Shown here: positions 51,075-62,206 of the stretch, piece by piece
How positions within the stretch are numbered: the first letter of the stretch is position 1
Layout of the letters: each line of letters begins with the position of its first letter
NCBI RefSeq assembly: GCF_009914755.1
Contig: NC_060939.1
Strand: one strand, 5' to 3'
DNA: 64,000 nucleotides
Origin: the human T2T-CHM13v2.0 reference genome, Homo sapiens
Program-made: the position numbers and the translations under genes
The notes under the pieces: generated by a model
Database searches by the model: none
What the model was told of the DNA's origin: nothing
The model's input: the letters and a program-made list of their open reading frames with translations, nothing else

Positions 51075-53061
51075 TAGGTATATCTTTAACAATTCTTTTT
51101 CTTCCATATTCTTGGCTATATTTGATAGACGAGAGTGATATTATAAGTTTTATTCTGTTAACGTGTTTTAAAGTCTAAGATTTCTTCTAGCTTGTATTCC
51201 ATGTTCATTGCTGTTATTTTATCACTAACTAATTAGTTACAGCCAGAGATTTTAACTCAGTCGCAAATATAAAGCTCTTCTTTGTCAGAAAGACCACACA
51301 CACCTCTTGAAAAGTTACTTTCAGATTTGATCACATAATTTCCAAGTGTCTTCCAAGAAAGTGAGCATGATGGCCCTGAGTGAAAAACTGTGGCACTTGA
51401 CCAAAACCTCAGTTTGTTTCTAATCATGTATGGATGGAGTGTAATTTGATTAAAGCTGACTGGCCTGAAATGATCCCAGTAAGATGCTGAACTGGATCTG
51501 GATGAAAGTCTCACTATTTTCTGCCCTCATCCAAGCACTAAGGCATCACTGAAATTAATGAGTTTGGGATTTCATGTCCAAATCCATTTTTAATACTACC
51601 ACCTTATGTTTCCATAGTACGGTACGCTTTTCAAAATGCTTTTATCTATAGTATTTGATCCGTGCAGTCTGCTTTTAGCTTCTATATTTCAAAGGCCAGT
51701 AATGGTTAGGTTGGAAGTAATACCTATCAGAATAGTGACTTTGAAACTTTGAAATCATTTCCAGGTGTTTTGGATAGGCTACATTTGAGTGATGAAACTT
51801 TAAACTTTCTTTTTTATAAAAGAAAACTTTACTGCTTGAAGTAACCTTTTTAGAAATTAGTAGCCCCAAAGGTTTCAGGGTGTGTTGTATTGTTCTTTTT
51901 TACAGTGAATGGGTGTAACTTACTGCAATGTGAATAATGCATAATATTTGTAAGGAAAAGTAGGGAAGTAGCCAAGGAGAAAAGATGGGACAAAGAAAAC
52001 TGTGAGTTTTCTTTAAATATCTGAGGCAATGGAAAGGAATTTTAAGCAATTTCTTGACAAAAAAGACTCTCCTTTTTTTGATTACAGTAGGGATGCCAAT
52101 GAGATGGAAAAAAAATCAAGGAGAAACGGAGAATAAAATAATGCCTGCACAGTATATATATTTTGGGGGCATTGTTGAGGTTGTACTTGTGATCTAATAT
52201 CCATTTTTAAGTGTTTTGTAGATATTAAAGTTAATTTGCATGCGTACATATATATGTATATATACACATATAATAAATCCAGATATACATGTATTATATA
52301 TCTATGAATAATACACATACATAACACATGTATAATAGATACTCCTATTAATCAGTATTATCACTTAGATTACTCAAGACCTGGAATATATATTTGGAAC
52401 AAAAGTAAAATCCCTTATTATGATTCTACTTGCCAGCTCCTTATTATGGTCAACGTCAGGGCTCTGGGCCAGGCAGGAACTGAAGTAGACAGTTGGCCCT
52501 AACCACTGAACCACCTGCCTTGAGCCCCTTCAGGCATGAGAGATGGTGGAGAACCATCATCACCACTCAGGAAGCATGTGTCAGGGGCCCACTCTGTCCT
52601 GCGGCTCTACCTGCGTCCTCTCACTTGAACCTCGTAAGAACCTTGTTAAGTTGGGGTTATTTTGAGCCCTATTTTTCAGGTGAGGAAATGGGCACAGAGA
52701 GGTTATGACTTTTACACACAGAGTGCTGGGGCAGGGACTCAAACCCAGATCTGTCTCTTCTCTGGAGAGGTGCCCGCATTTGGAGGTGAAAACTACCCCT
52801 GTGGCCATATGACAGTCCACTGTGACCGGACACTGAAATGACCAGTCCAGGGGGCTTGTGGGCTGGGGTCTCAGCTTCACCACTGTGCTGCTGGGTGACT
52901 TCAGGCAAGGCCCATTCCTCTCTGGACCCTGGTTCCTCATCTGTGTACTGTGTGTGTGCGTTTTTTAAAAATCAGCTTACTTTTAAAATTTGAAATATGA
53001 AAGTAAACACAAAGTTAAAATAGCAAATGCTCAGCTTCGTGTACCATCTAATCCTGTTTTA

Positions 53062-53077
53062 TGTATGTGCATGCGTG

Positions 53078-53122
<45 letters not shown>
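53062..53122. repeat. (TG)n microsatellite
   Basis: Read directly. Confidence 0.95.
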
Positions 53123-53123
<1 letters not shown>

Positions 53124-54329
53124 CTGGGCTACCTCAGAGATCCATTCTGGCTTTGAGTGTGGTATGTCCCATCTTGGGCAGGTCCAAGGGAAGGCATGAG
53201 CGATCTGGCTTTGGGACAAGTATGGGGCTGGCCCTAGGGCCCGGATGCTTCTCCCTCCGCTGCCTATCACAGAGGGGAGTTTGTCTTGCAGGAAACAGCC
53301 TCATCCATCAGTGGCAATGGGGGGCTGACAGTGGCCACTCCCCCGCCAGTCCTGGCTGGAGGCAGACTCATAAATCCCACACCAGGCCGGGCTTTAAATT
53401 CCTTTGATTCACATCCGGCCTCTTGGAGGACAGAGACATTTGGGGCTGTGGGGCTGGCTGTTCTCTCCTGGGCAGGACAGGTGGGTATTGGGAAGAAGCC
53501 TCTTCATGGGCCCAGCAGTCTCAGATGGCCTCTCCGAGGATATGCAGTGCTGAGCCCCCAGGATGCCTCAGGCTCAGCCTGAGCCACCTCTGCCCAGGCC
53601 CAGGCCACCTCTGCCTAGGCCATTCCTGTGCCCTGGCCTGAATCACCCTGGAGGTCACCTATGTGGACACACTCTGTGGCCTCAGAGATCTCGTGGGGCC
53701 TGTGGCCCAGAGGGTTGGCTCCATGAACTTCACAGCATGGTCACCTGCCAATCCCCATGGCATTCTGTCTTGGGGCTGTGAGGACACGGTGGGAGATCAG
53801 GGCCCAGTCTGTGCATCTCTCATTCCAGGGAGGCCGGGGCCCCGAATCCACTGTCCCTTAGGCAGGAAGGGGACAGGGACACTCAGTCCAGGGAGGCAGC
53901 CATTTGTCACCTTTCATCAGGACTTTTGCCACACTCAGATGCCACTGGAATTCTTCTTTACTTAGTGTTTTTTAAAAATCAGCTTACCTTTAAAATTTAA
54001 GTGTGTGATTTACCCTCTTCTTTAGCCATATTTGAGAAATCAGGGTCTGATATACTAGTCAAATACCCGCACACATATACATATACACATACACATGTGC
54101 ACATACATGCTCACCCAGACATATACATATACACATATATGTGAAAATATACACATGAAATATATCCATGAAAGTAAACACAAAGTTAAAATAGCAAATG
54201 CTCAGCTCCGTATACCATCTAATCCTGTTTTAGGTTTAGAGTGGCTCTAGTCTTCCCCCCATTATGGGTGATTCCTTACTGGTGATACAAAACAGGTTCA
54301 GATGGTTCACAGAGCTGAGCATTTACTAG

Positions 54330-54450
54330 CCATTCTAGCCTTCCCCCATTTTACAGATAAGGAAACCAAGGTCCAGAGAGGTACAGGGCCTGCCCGAAGT
54401 CACACAGCGCTGGGATTAGTGGCCAGCCCACCTGACTCCCAGCTGAGTGC
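54330..54450 (-). mobile_element. MIR SINE
   Basis: ccccattttacagataaggaaaccaaggtccagagagg ... tgcccgaagtcacacagc. Confidence 0.8.
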
Positions 54451-55019
54451 TCCTTTTACAGAAGCACACTCCCTGTCTGCGGTGTGCAGGGCCCCTTCCT
54501 CCAGAAGCACAAGTGGACTCTCAGAGGCCTTTTGGAGACTGTGCCCTAACACAGAGGGTTCATTGGAAGGTGGGCTTCCTGGTGGCAGGCTGACGGGCAG
54601 GCGGACGGTCTCCTGGGTCCTGGTGGGACCAGGCACTGGCCCCTGGCTCTGTCTGTGCTTTATCTTCATGCTCATGGCTCCTGCAGCGCCTCAGCATTTG
54701 GGGAAGTGGGGAAAGGAGGGTCCCAGGGGAGAGAGAGAGCAGGGCTGTGGCAGCAGCCCTTCCCCAGGGAGCTGCTTACTGAAGAGATCATTAGTGGTAC
54801 CAGCTCTCAGGCTGGCAAGGAAGGTGGCCTCATTAGCAAGCACCTTCCCCTGCGCCACCTCCACCTGCCCACCTGCAGCCTCCTGACACCCATACTGCCA
54901 CTGCCACCACTGCCATCACTCCAGAGATGCGGCATGATGGGCCTCCTGTTGGGGACAAGGCTGCTAGCTCAAGGGAGCCAGGAAGGAGATGTGTGTGTAG
55001 GGTGGCAAGGGTGCGTGTA

Positions 55020-55452
55020 CACTGCACACACACACAGAGACACACAGACATGCTCACATGCATGGACACACATATTGCATTAATAGAGGTGTGCACATAA
55101 GTCTAGCGCACACACACACAACACAGACTTGCACAGTAACGCGCAACTCCCCAAACACACAGTGCAAGCACACGGATCCAACAGAGACGTGTACACACAG
55201 GGGTGGTTTTCGGTGTGAAGCCCCACAGTGCACACGTATAGAGACCCATATGGAACACAGGTGCACATGCACCCTAGGAGATGCACGTGTGTATTCACAC
55301 AAACATACAGTCCTGTCTCCAGACTCCGGAGTGTGCATGGAATTGTACACACATGAGTACGTGTCAACAAACATGCAGACCAGCCCGGGGCATACCACTG
55401 TGTGTGCAGGGATGCCCACGTGCACACGTACATGCGTGCAGAGCACACACCA
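55020..55452. repeat. Degenerate (CA/CATG)-rich low-complexity tract
   Basis: Repeated cacacaca and acatg motifs; they explain the H/T/C- and V/C-rich ORFs here. Confidence 0.8.
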
Positions 55453-58400
55453 GTTATTTTTTTCTTGGAATCTAACAAGGCCCAAGGAGCAGGGAGTGGC
55501 TAATTCCCTGGAGGAAGTGAGGAGACCGGAGCTGAGGACACATTTAATTAATTCTTCTCATTCCCAGCCGAGGGAGAAAGGGAGAGAAGGAGGGAGAGAG
55601 GAATGAAATGACAGAGAGGAGAGGAGAGGGGAGAGGGGCAGCAGGAGGGTGAAGGTGAAGTGGGGAGGAACCGATGTGGGCAGTGAGGAGGCTGAGGGAC
55701 CCCGGGCCCAGAGGCATTAACCTTTTCAGCTTACGGCAGGCCCAGGGACCTCATCACTCAGCCCCGATCCCAGAACCAGACGGATCGTTCAAGGTCAAGT
55801 GGTGGGGCTGGTGCAGAAGTCCACCCGCAGTGCCCCCTACACACAGCTCTGGGGATGGGGCACACACGTCTTTCACCTGCTCCCACCGAGTGGAAACCTG
55901 CCCCCCAACCCCGAACCTCCCACGCTCAGTCCCACTTCTGCTCTGTGCCTGCATTGGCTTAGGGCCCTGGGGGCTCTCCTATCACAAGTGCAGGGCAGGG
56001 GCAACACAGCTGCCCAGGGAGGCCCCTGCTGGGCACCAGGACAGCTCCTCCCACCCCTGCCCTGACCTCAGCCTTGAGACAGAGTCAGGGAGATGGAGGT
56101 GGACAAGGACAGGGGTTCTGAGAGGGAGGGAGGATGTGAGCCAGGAGAGAGGGGAGGTGGGGCCGGGTGGGAGTGAAACAGGGAGATGGGGGGCAGTGAG
56201 AGAGAGGGGGAGACACTAAGCCAGAGATGGTGAAGGATGTGAGAGGGGCCAGGATGGTGAGAGTCAGACCCAGAGACACACAGAGAGGACGCTAGAAAGA
56301 ACAAGAGAAACAAAAAAAGGTCAGAGGGTCAGGAAAGGCAGCCAGGCTCTGTAACTCTCCCTGGTCAGGAGGGAGGCAACTCGCCTGGGGTGTGAGCGAG
56401 GAACCCTGGCCTAGAGAGGATGCTGTGTGACCCCGCCCAGGCACCCCACCTCTCTGAGCCTCGGCTGCTGGTTTATAAAGCAGGGGGACCGGCCCTGTCT
56501 CTGAGAGGGCCCTTAGGCTCCGCAGGGAGGCTGGCCTGGTCCCTTTCTTCCTTCTACTCCCCTGAGTCATGTGGGCCTGCAGATGGGGGTGGGGGTCTCC
56601 CTTCTGGGGCCCTGAGTGGGCAAACCAGGTGAAAGAGGAAAGTTGCTGTGGGGCTGGTGTCGTGTGCTGCAGCCGTGAGCATGGAGTGATGGAGCGTTTG
56701 CCCTGAATATTGAAAATACATAAATATCCATTGTCAGGCACCAAGGCAGATATAAATACAGAAGGGAGGGTGTGCAGCCCTCAGCCGTAATTTACCGGCT
56801 CTGCTACCTGCGGGGGCTTGGGCACTTGCACTTGGCCGTCAAGAGGCTTTTCCAGATGGCTTCATGACCGCCAGTGGCCACCTGGATCCCTTCTCCTGGA
56901 GAAGTGGCTCCTTGGGATCCACCGCCTGGGGTGAGGTGGGGCAAGGCAGGGTGTGTCATTCCTAGGTCTGCTCCGTCCTAGGCCTTTGGGGCCTCTCCCG
57001 CCTTCTCCTCCTCCAGCATCTCCTTGCTTGGGAGGGATGGAACCACATCTGTGTCAGGCCTGGTGTGTACCCAGCCCTGGTGCACTTGGATAAAATCAGA
57101 GGCGTTCCATTCCTGCCCATGGGCACTTCCAGGCTGCGAAGCAGAGATGACACCCTAGGTCCTGCCCTTAAGAACTCACCCAAGGGAAACAGATGGTAGA
57201 AGGGTCTGGATAAGCCAGCATGGGGCAAGACCCGGGTCCACTCTGGAGCAGGCCAGAAGCCAGAGAGGAGAGGCACATGGCCAATGGTGGCCTCCAAGAG
57301 TCTGGCCGCAGCCCAGCACACCCAAAGCCCTCAGCCTGGAGGGAAAGCAGCAGGACCTGGGGTGGAGGTCACGGCCCGCTGGCAGGCAGCTCTCTCTCTG
57401 ACATCCTCCTGAGAGGACATGGGTCTTGCCCTATGCTGGCTTATCCAGAACCTTCCACCGTCTAAGGAATGTGCTCATTCTCGATGAGTAGACAAATGGA
57501 GGCCCCAAGGCAATTCCCTGCCTTTCCTCCCAGAGCTGGAGCTGGGACTTGAGCACCCTGATCCCTGCCACCTTCACATGCTGAGGGGCATCTTTCTCTT
57601 TGGGTTGGGACTCTGTGTTCAGGGCACTCACCTTCCCACAGCAGAAAGCCACCAGCCTCTATTGGGGGGTGTGGAGCGTTCTCCCTTCCAGGGTGCCCAA
57701 GCCTCCTTTTCCCAGGAAATGGAGGCTGGGCTTCCCTGCCCTGAGCAGGAGGCTGCACTGGGAGGCAGGGGCTGGACAGCCACCTGCTGCCTGGGCCGAG
57801 GGTGGAACCTGTTTGTGTGGGATGCAGGCATTGAATCATGAACACGCCAGGTTGAGTGGCCCAGGGCCCTGCACAGAGCAGGGGCTGGGATCAGGTGGCA
57901 TTGGTGGGGAGGGGCCGGGGCGGTGCTCCGTGAAGGGAGGGCTGAGGCTGAGGTGGGGGTAGCAGAACCGCGCCTCCTATTCCTTGCCTGCCTCTCTCAT
58001 GTTTCCCTCCCCCATTGTCAACAGGGGCTCTCTGAGGCAGAGTCCTCACAGTGAGTGATGCCTGCCCGGGCCCTGCCCTCCAGGCCTGTTCTGCCAGAAA
58101 CACCCACAGGTCAGGGCATCCAGGTGCCTGGATGGACAGCCACAGGCCAACTGCCTGGTCAGCCGCAGCCTTCGCCGGCTGCTCTCCTGTGGCTGCAGAA
58201 AGTGAGAGGTGCTGCAGCCGCCAGCCCCCGCTCCCCCGCTGCTAGGCTCTCCTGTCTGTCCTAGTCCTCGCGTCAGGTGCAAGGGCGCAGGCCACAGTGG
58301 AGTCTCTGGGTCTTCCCCGGGTGACTTTGCTGTTGGCTCTGGGCCCCACACTGGCCCTTCTGTGCCATCTGGGTGGCAGGATAGACGTCTGCGGGGCACA

Positions 58401-60811
58401 TTCTCCACACCCCCTTGCATGCTGCTCCTGGTTCAGTTCTTCCAAGAGGAGGTGCTGGCAGGCTCCAGCACCTGCAAGACACGTGCCTCTCAGCGGTTCC
58501 AGCATCAGCTCAGTGGCAGTTCCAGGAGCACAGCAGTGAGTGCAGGCTGTGGGCTCCAGCTCAGGGCATCTCTGGATCTGCCTCCTCCTCCCAGCCCTTC
58601 CCCCATCACCTCAGCAGCCTGGCCGTCCTGGAACTCCCAGGATGCTCCTCAAAATGGCTCTAAAGCCCTTATTCCTCACTTCTTCCTGGAGGGGGCCCCA
58701 CCTTGGCTCTGGGTGGCAGGAAAAGCTCTTTTCCCCTCTGCGGGAATGATCCCACTTTGCCAGTTAAATGGAATGGTCTTCCCCGAATCTGTTCTCTGGG
58801 TCATGTGTGCGCAGCCAGGCCTCCAGTGGCAGTGGTAACAGGGGCCTCTCCCCACTGGCTGCTCCCCAGGGTCTCCTCTGCTCTCTCCTCCCTTCTCATG
58901 GGCTTCTTCATCTTCCTTGGGGTTCTGTTCCCCCATAGCTCAGGGTCCCCCAAGTTATTAGGGTGACAGTCTGGCCTGAGTTGTTTATGATCAGGCCAGA
59001 GGTTCTGCATGTCCTAGGCTTGGCCTCTGGGGTCAGATACTCATTGCCTTCTGCAGGGCAACCAGGAGCCATGGGGACCTGGGGGTGAGGCAGTCTTCCT
59101 TAGTTCAGGGTGGGAAGCAGGCAGGGGCCTCAACCACAGGCAAACTAGCAACTGAGATGGCATCAGCAGCCCTGCTCACAGTCGACCCTTGCCTCGGCTC
59201 CACCTACCCCGCCCAGGCTGCACCAATGCCTGCTGTATGCCCAGCACCAGGCTGGGCTTATGGGGGAACCAGACGAACAGGACTGAGACCCTGTTCTGGA
59301 GGAGCTGAGGGTCTCATAGGGGAGACATAGACTCCTCAGATGCCCGAATACCAGGCTCTAAGGAGCATGAGGTGCGCAGGGAAGGGAGAACTCAGCTCTG
59401 GCTGAGGAGTTGGGGATGCTTCATGTAGCGGGGGATATTTGACTTGCGCCACAAGGTGAGATTTTAATGTGTGGTTGGTTCCAGGGTTGCTGGAAACATC
59501 CCAGAGAGAATAGAACCACCGGAACAAAGGCCCGGCTCGGTAGCAGGGTGGGAAGAGCTGACTACTAACCACCAGCCTAACTTGTTTAGTGAGAATGCTC
59601 AGAGCAGTGGGGATTAACCAAAAAGTGGGTGGTCGGGTTTTGAGCCCCTGGTGCCCTGACCTGCTTCTCCTCCTCCTGCTTGCCCAGGTCCTCTGGGGCT
59701 CCTCTCCCGTGGTCGCCATGGGAACTCCAGGTGGCTGAAGTTTGCTTGAGCCTAGCTCCCTGAGATGGGCTGTGGGTCAGGGGAGGTGGAGGGAACTGGT
59801 CCCCAGCCTGGGCTCTGAGCACCCCTCCCCTGGGTCCCAGAGTCTCCATCTGAGCTCTGCCCATTTAGCCCTCACCCGGTCTCTTCCTCGCCTCCTCCCT
59901 CCCCTACACTCCACACAGCCTTCCAGTCACCAAGTTCTGACTGTTCCTTCCACTTGTAAAATCTCCCTGGGAGGCATCCACTCTGCACCCACCTCCCTGC
60001 CTCAGGCCTGGCTCCACCCCTTCCCTGTCCCCTGGATGACAGCAGGGGCCTCCTAGGGGGTCTGGCTCCTTCAGTCTGCTCCTCCTGGGTGCTGCTGCTG
60101 TCCTCCTGACCAGCGTCTGACAGTCTGGCAGCTCCTCTGCCCCTCCCTACCCCAGCCTGGGCTCCCACCACCCTGGGATGGCTGAGTCTGTGAAATGGGT
60201 GGAGTGGTGTGTTGAGCTCCACTTCTAGAACCGCATTCTATGGGGCAGTAGCGTCTTTCTGGAATTAACAGGTATGCCTTGAAAATGGGTTCCATGTGGA
60301 ATTGGTTTGGGAAGCACTGCACAGCCTCTGCCTCCCGGATACTCACAAGGCACTGTAACAGGTGAAAGGCTCCCAGAGGTTCTGGAGTAAAGAAGTCTGT
60401 TTTGATTTATTTAACTCCGAGGTTCCCAGAGTGTTTTGGCTCTAAATAAGGAATGTCTATGAATAACTCCAGGAACAAGTTTCTCTGGACCACCCTTTGG
60501 AAAATGCTGGAGGAGCCATAAAGTGTGGTGCCTTGTCTTTGGGGATCTGGGGTCCTGAGGCCTGCTTCCCCCGTCTGGCATGCCGGGGTTCCCACAGGTG
60601 CACAGGCTGATACGGGGCTGAGGAAGCACTGGAAAATTGGGCCGCACCATGGATGCCTTGCTTCCATCTCCTGGCGCACAGTATGGTTCCTGGATGTGTT
60701 TTGTTTAAACCACACGTTCTTTTGAAATTTGACCTGGTTGTCAACATTTAAAACCTGGGAGATTCCACCACAAATTCTGCATTTTAAAGTTCTCTTAAAA
60801 CACGAGGAGCC

Positions 60812-61180
<369 letters not shown>

Positions 61181-62206
61181 TTACATGCAAAGCACCCAGC
61201 CTGCAAGCAGACAGTTTCCCTCCCCAGCGCGGGCTGAGCCCCCGAAAACATTGGAGTTTCACAAATTCCTCTTTATGATGGTGACTTATGCCTGACCCAC
61301 CCTCCTCTTGGGGGGTCCTTCTTTGAGGGGCTGAGGCAGGTGGGCCTGCTGGCTCCAGCATGTTCCTTACCTCCCATGAAGTACCATGTACATGGTGCAG
61401 TCTAGGCTATGAAGTCCACTGGGCTACCCCACCATTACCCTCGGTTCCCATGACGGGGGTGCCAGAGTGGCCCAGGGGCAGCAGGGCTGTGGGAGACAGA
61501 GGGAGAGCCTGCCACAGCCTCCTCTCCAGTGACCACCTGGCGGCTCAGCTGACAGGATAGTCACAGCTGCTCAGGTCACCCTGGTCACCGGAGCATGCTG
61601 GGTGGGAGAACCACTCCCTGCAAGAGCGAAAAGCTGAGAACACTGCCAACCGTGCTGGCACCCCTGAGCCAGCCCGCCGCTGCAGAGAGCCCTCTACAAA
61701 GAGCCCGCTCTGTGCTGACGGAGGCTGGAACCTGGGGAAATCTGGCTCAGGGCTGCTTGCTGGGGCCCAGGGTGGGGTGGGGCTCCACCCCTGCCCTGGG
61801 ATGACTGTGGGTGAAACAGGACCCTGACTTGCAGGCCCCAGTCTGAGGTGGAGGGAGGGGGCCCAGACCAACCTCACCCGAATGTTAGGATAACAGGAAT
61901 TTCCCGCCAGGATGAGGCTGGCACTGGTTTCGGTTCTGTCCTGGGTGGAGGGGGAGGTCAGTAGTGGACTCTCCAATCAGTGGGGCCTTCACGGGCTCTG
62001 GTCGGAAGTTCCCACACACCCCCATCAGGAGGTCTGACTCCGGCCACCTCCTGCCTTGCCTGAGCCTGTCCTGCTCGTGGCCCTCCCCTTCTAAGCCTGT
62101 CTGAACACCCCTACCTTGGGGACCCCTCCTGTGTCTTCCTTCTCCAGGAAGCCCCTCTGATCCTCCCCCTCAGAGCTCTAGCCCTCCTCCAAGCTCCATC
62201 CCTGCC

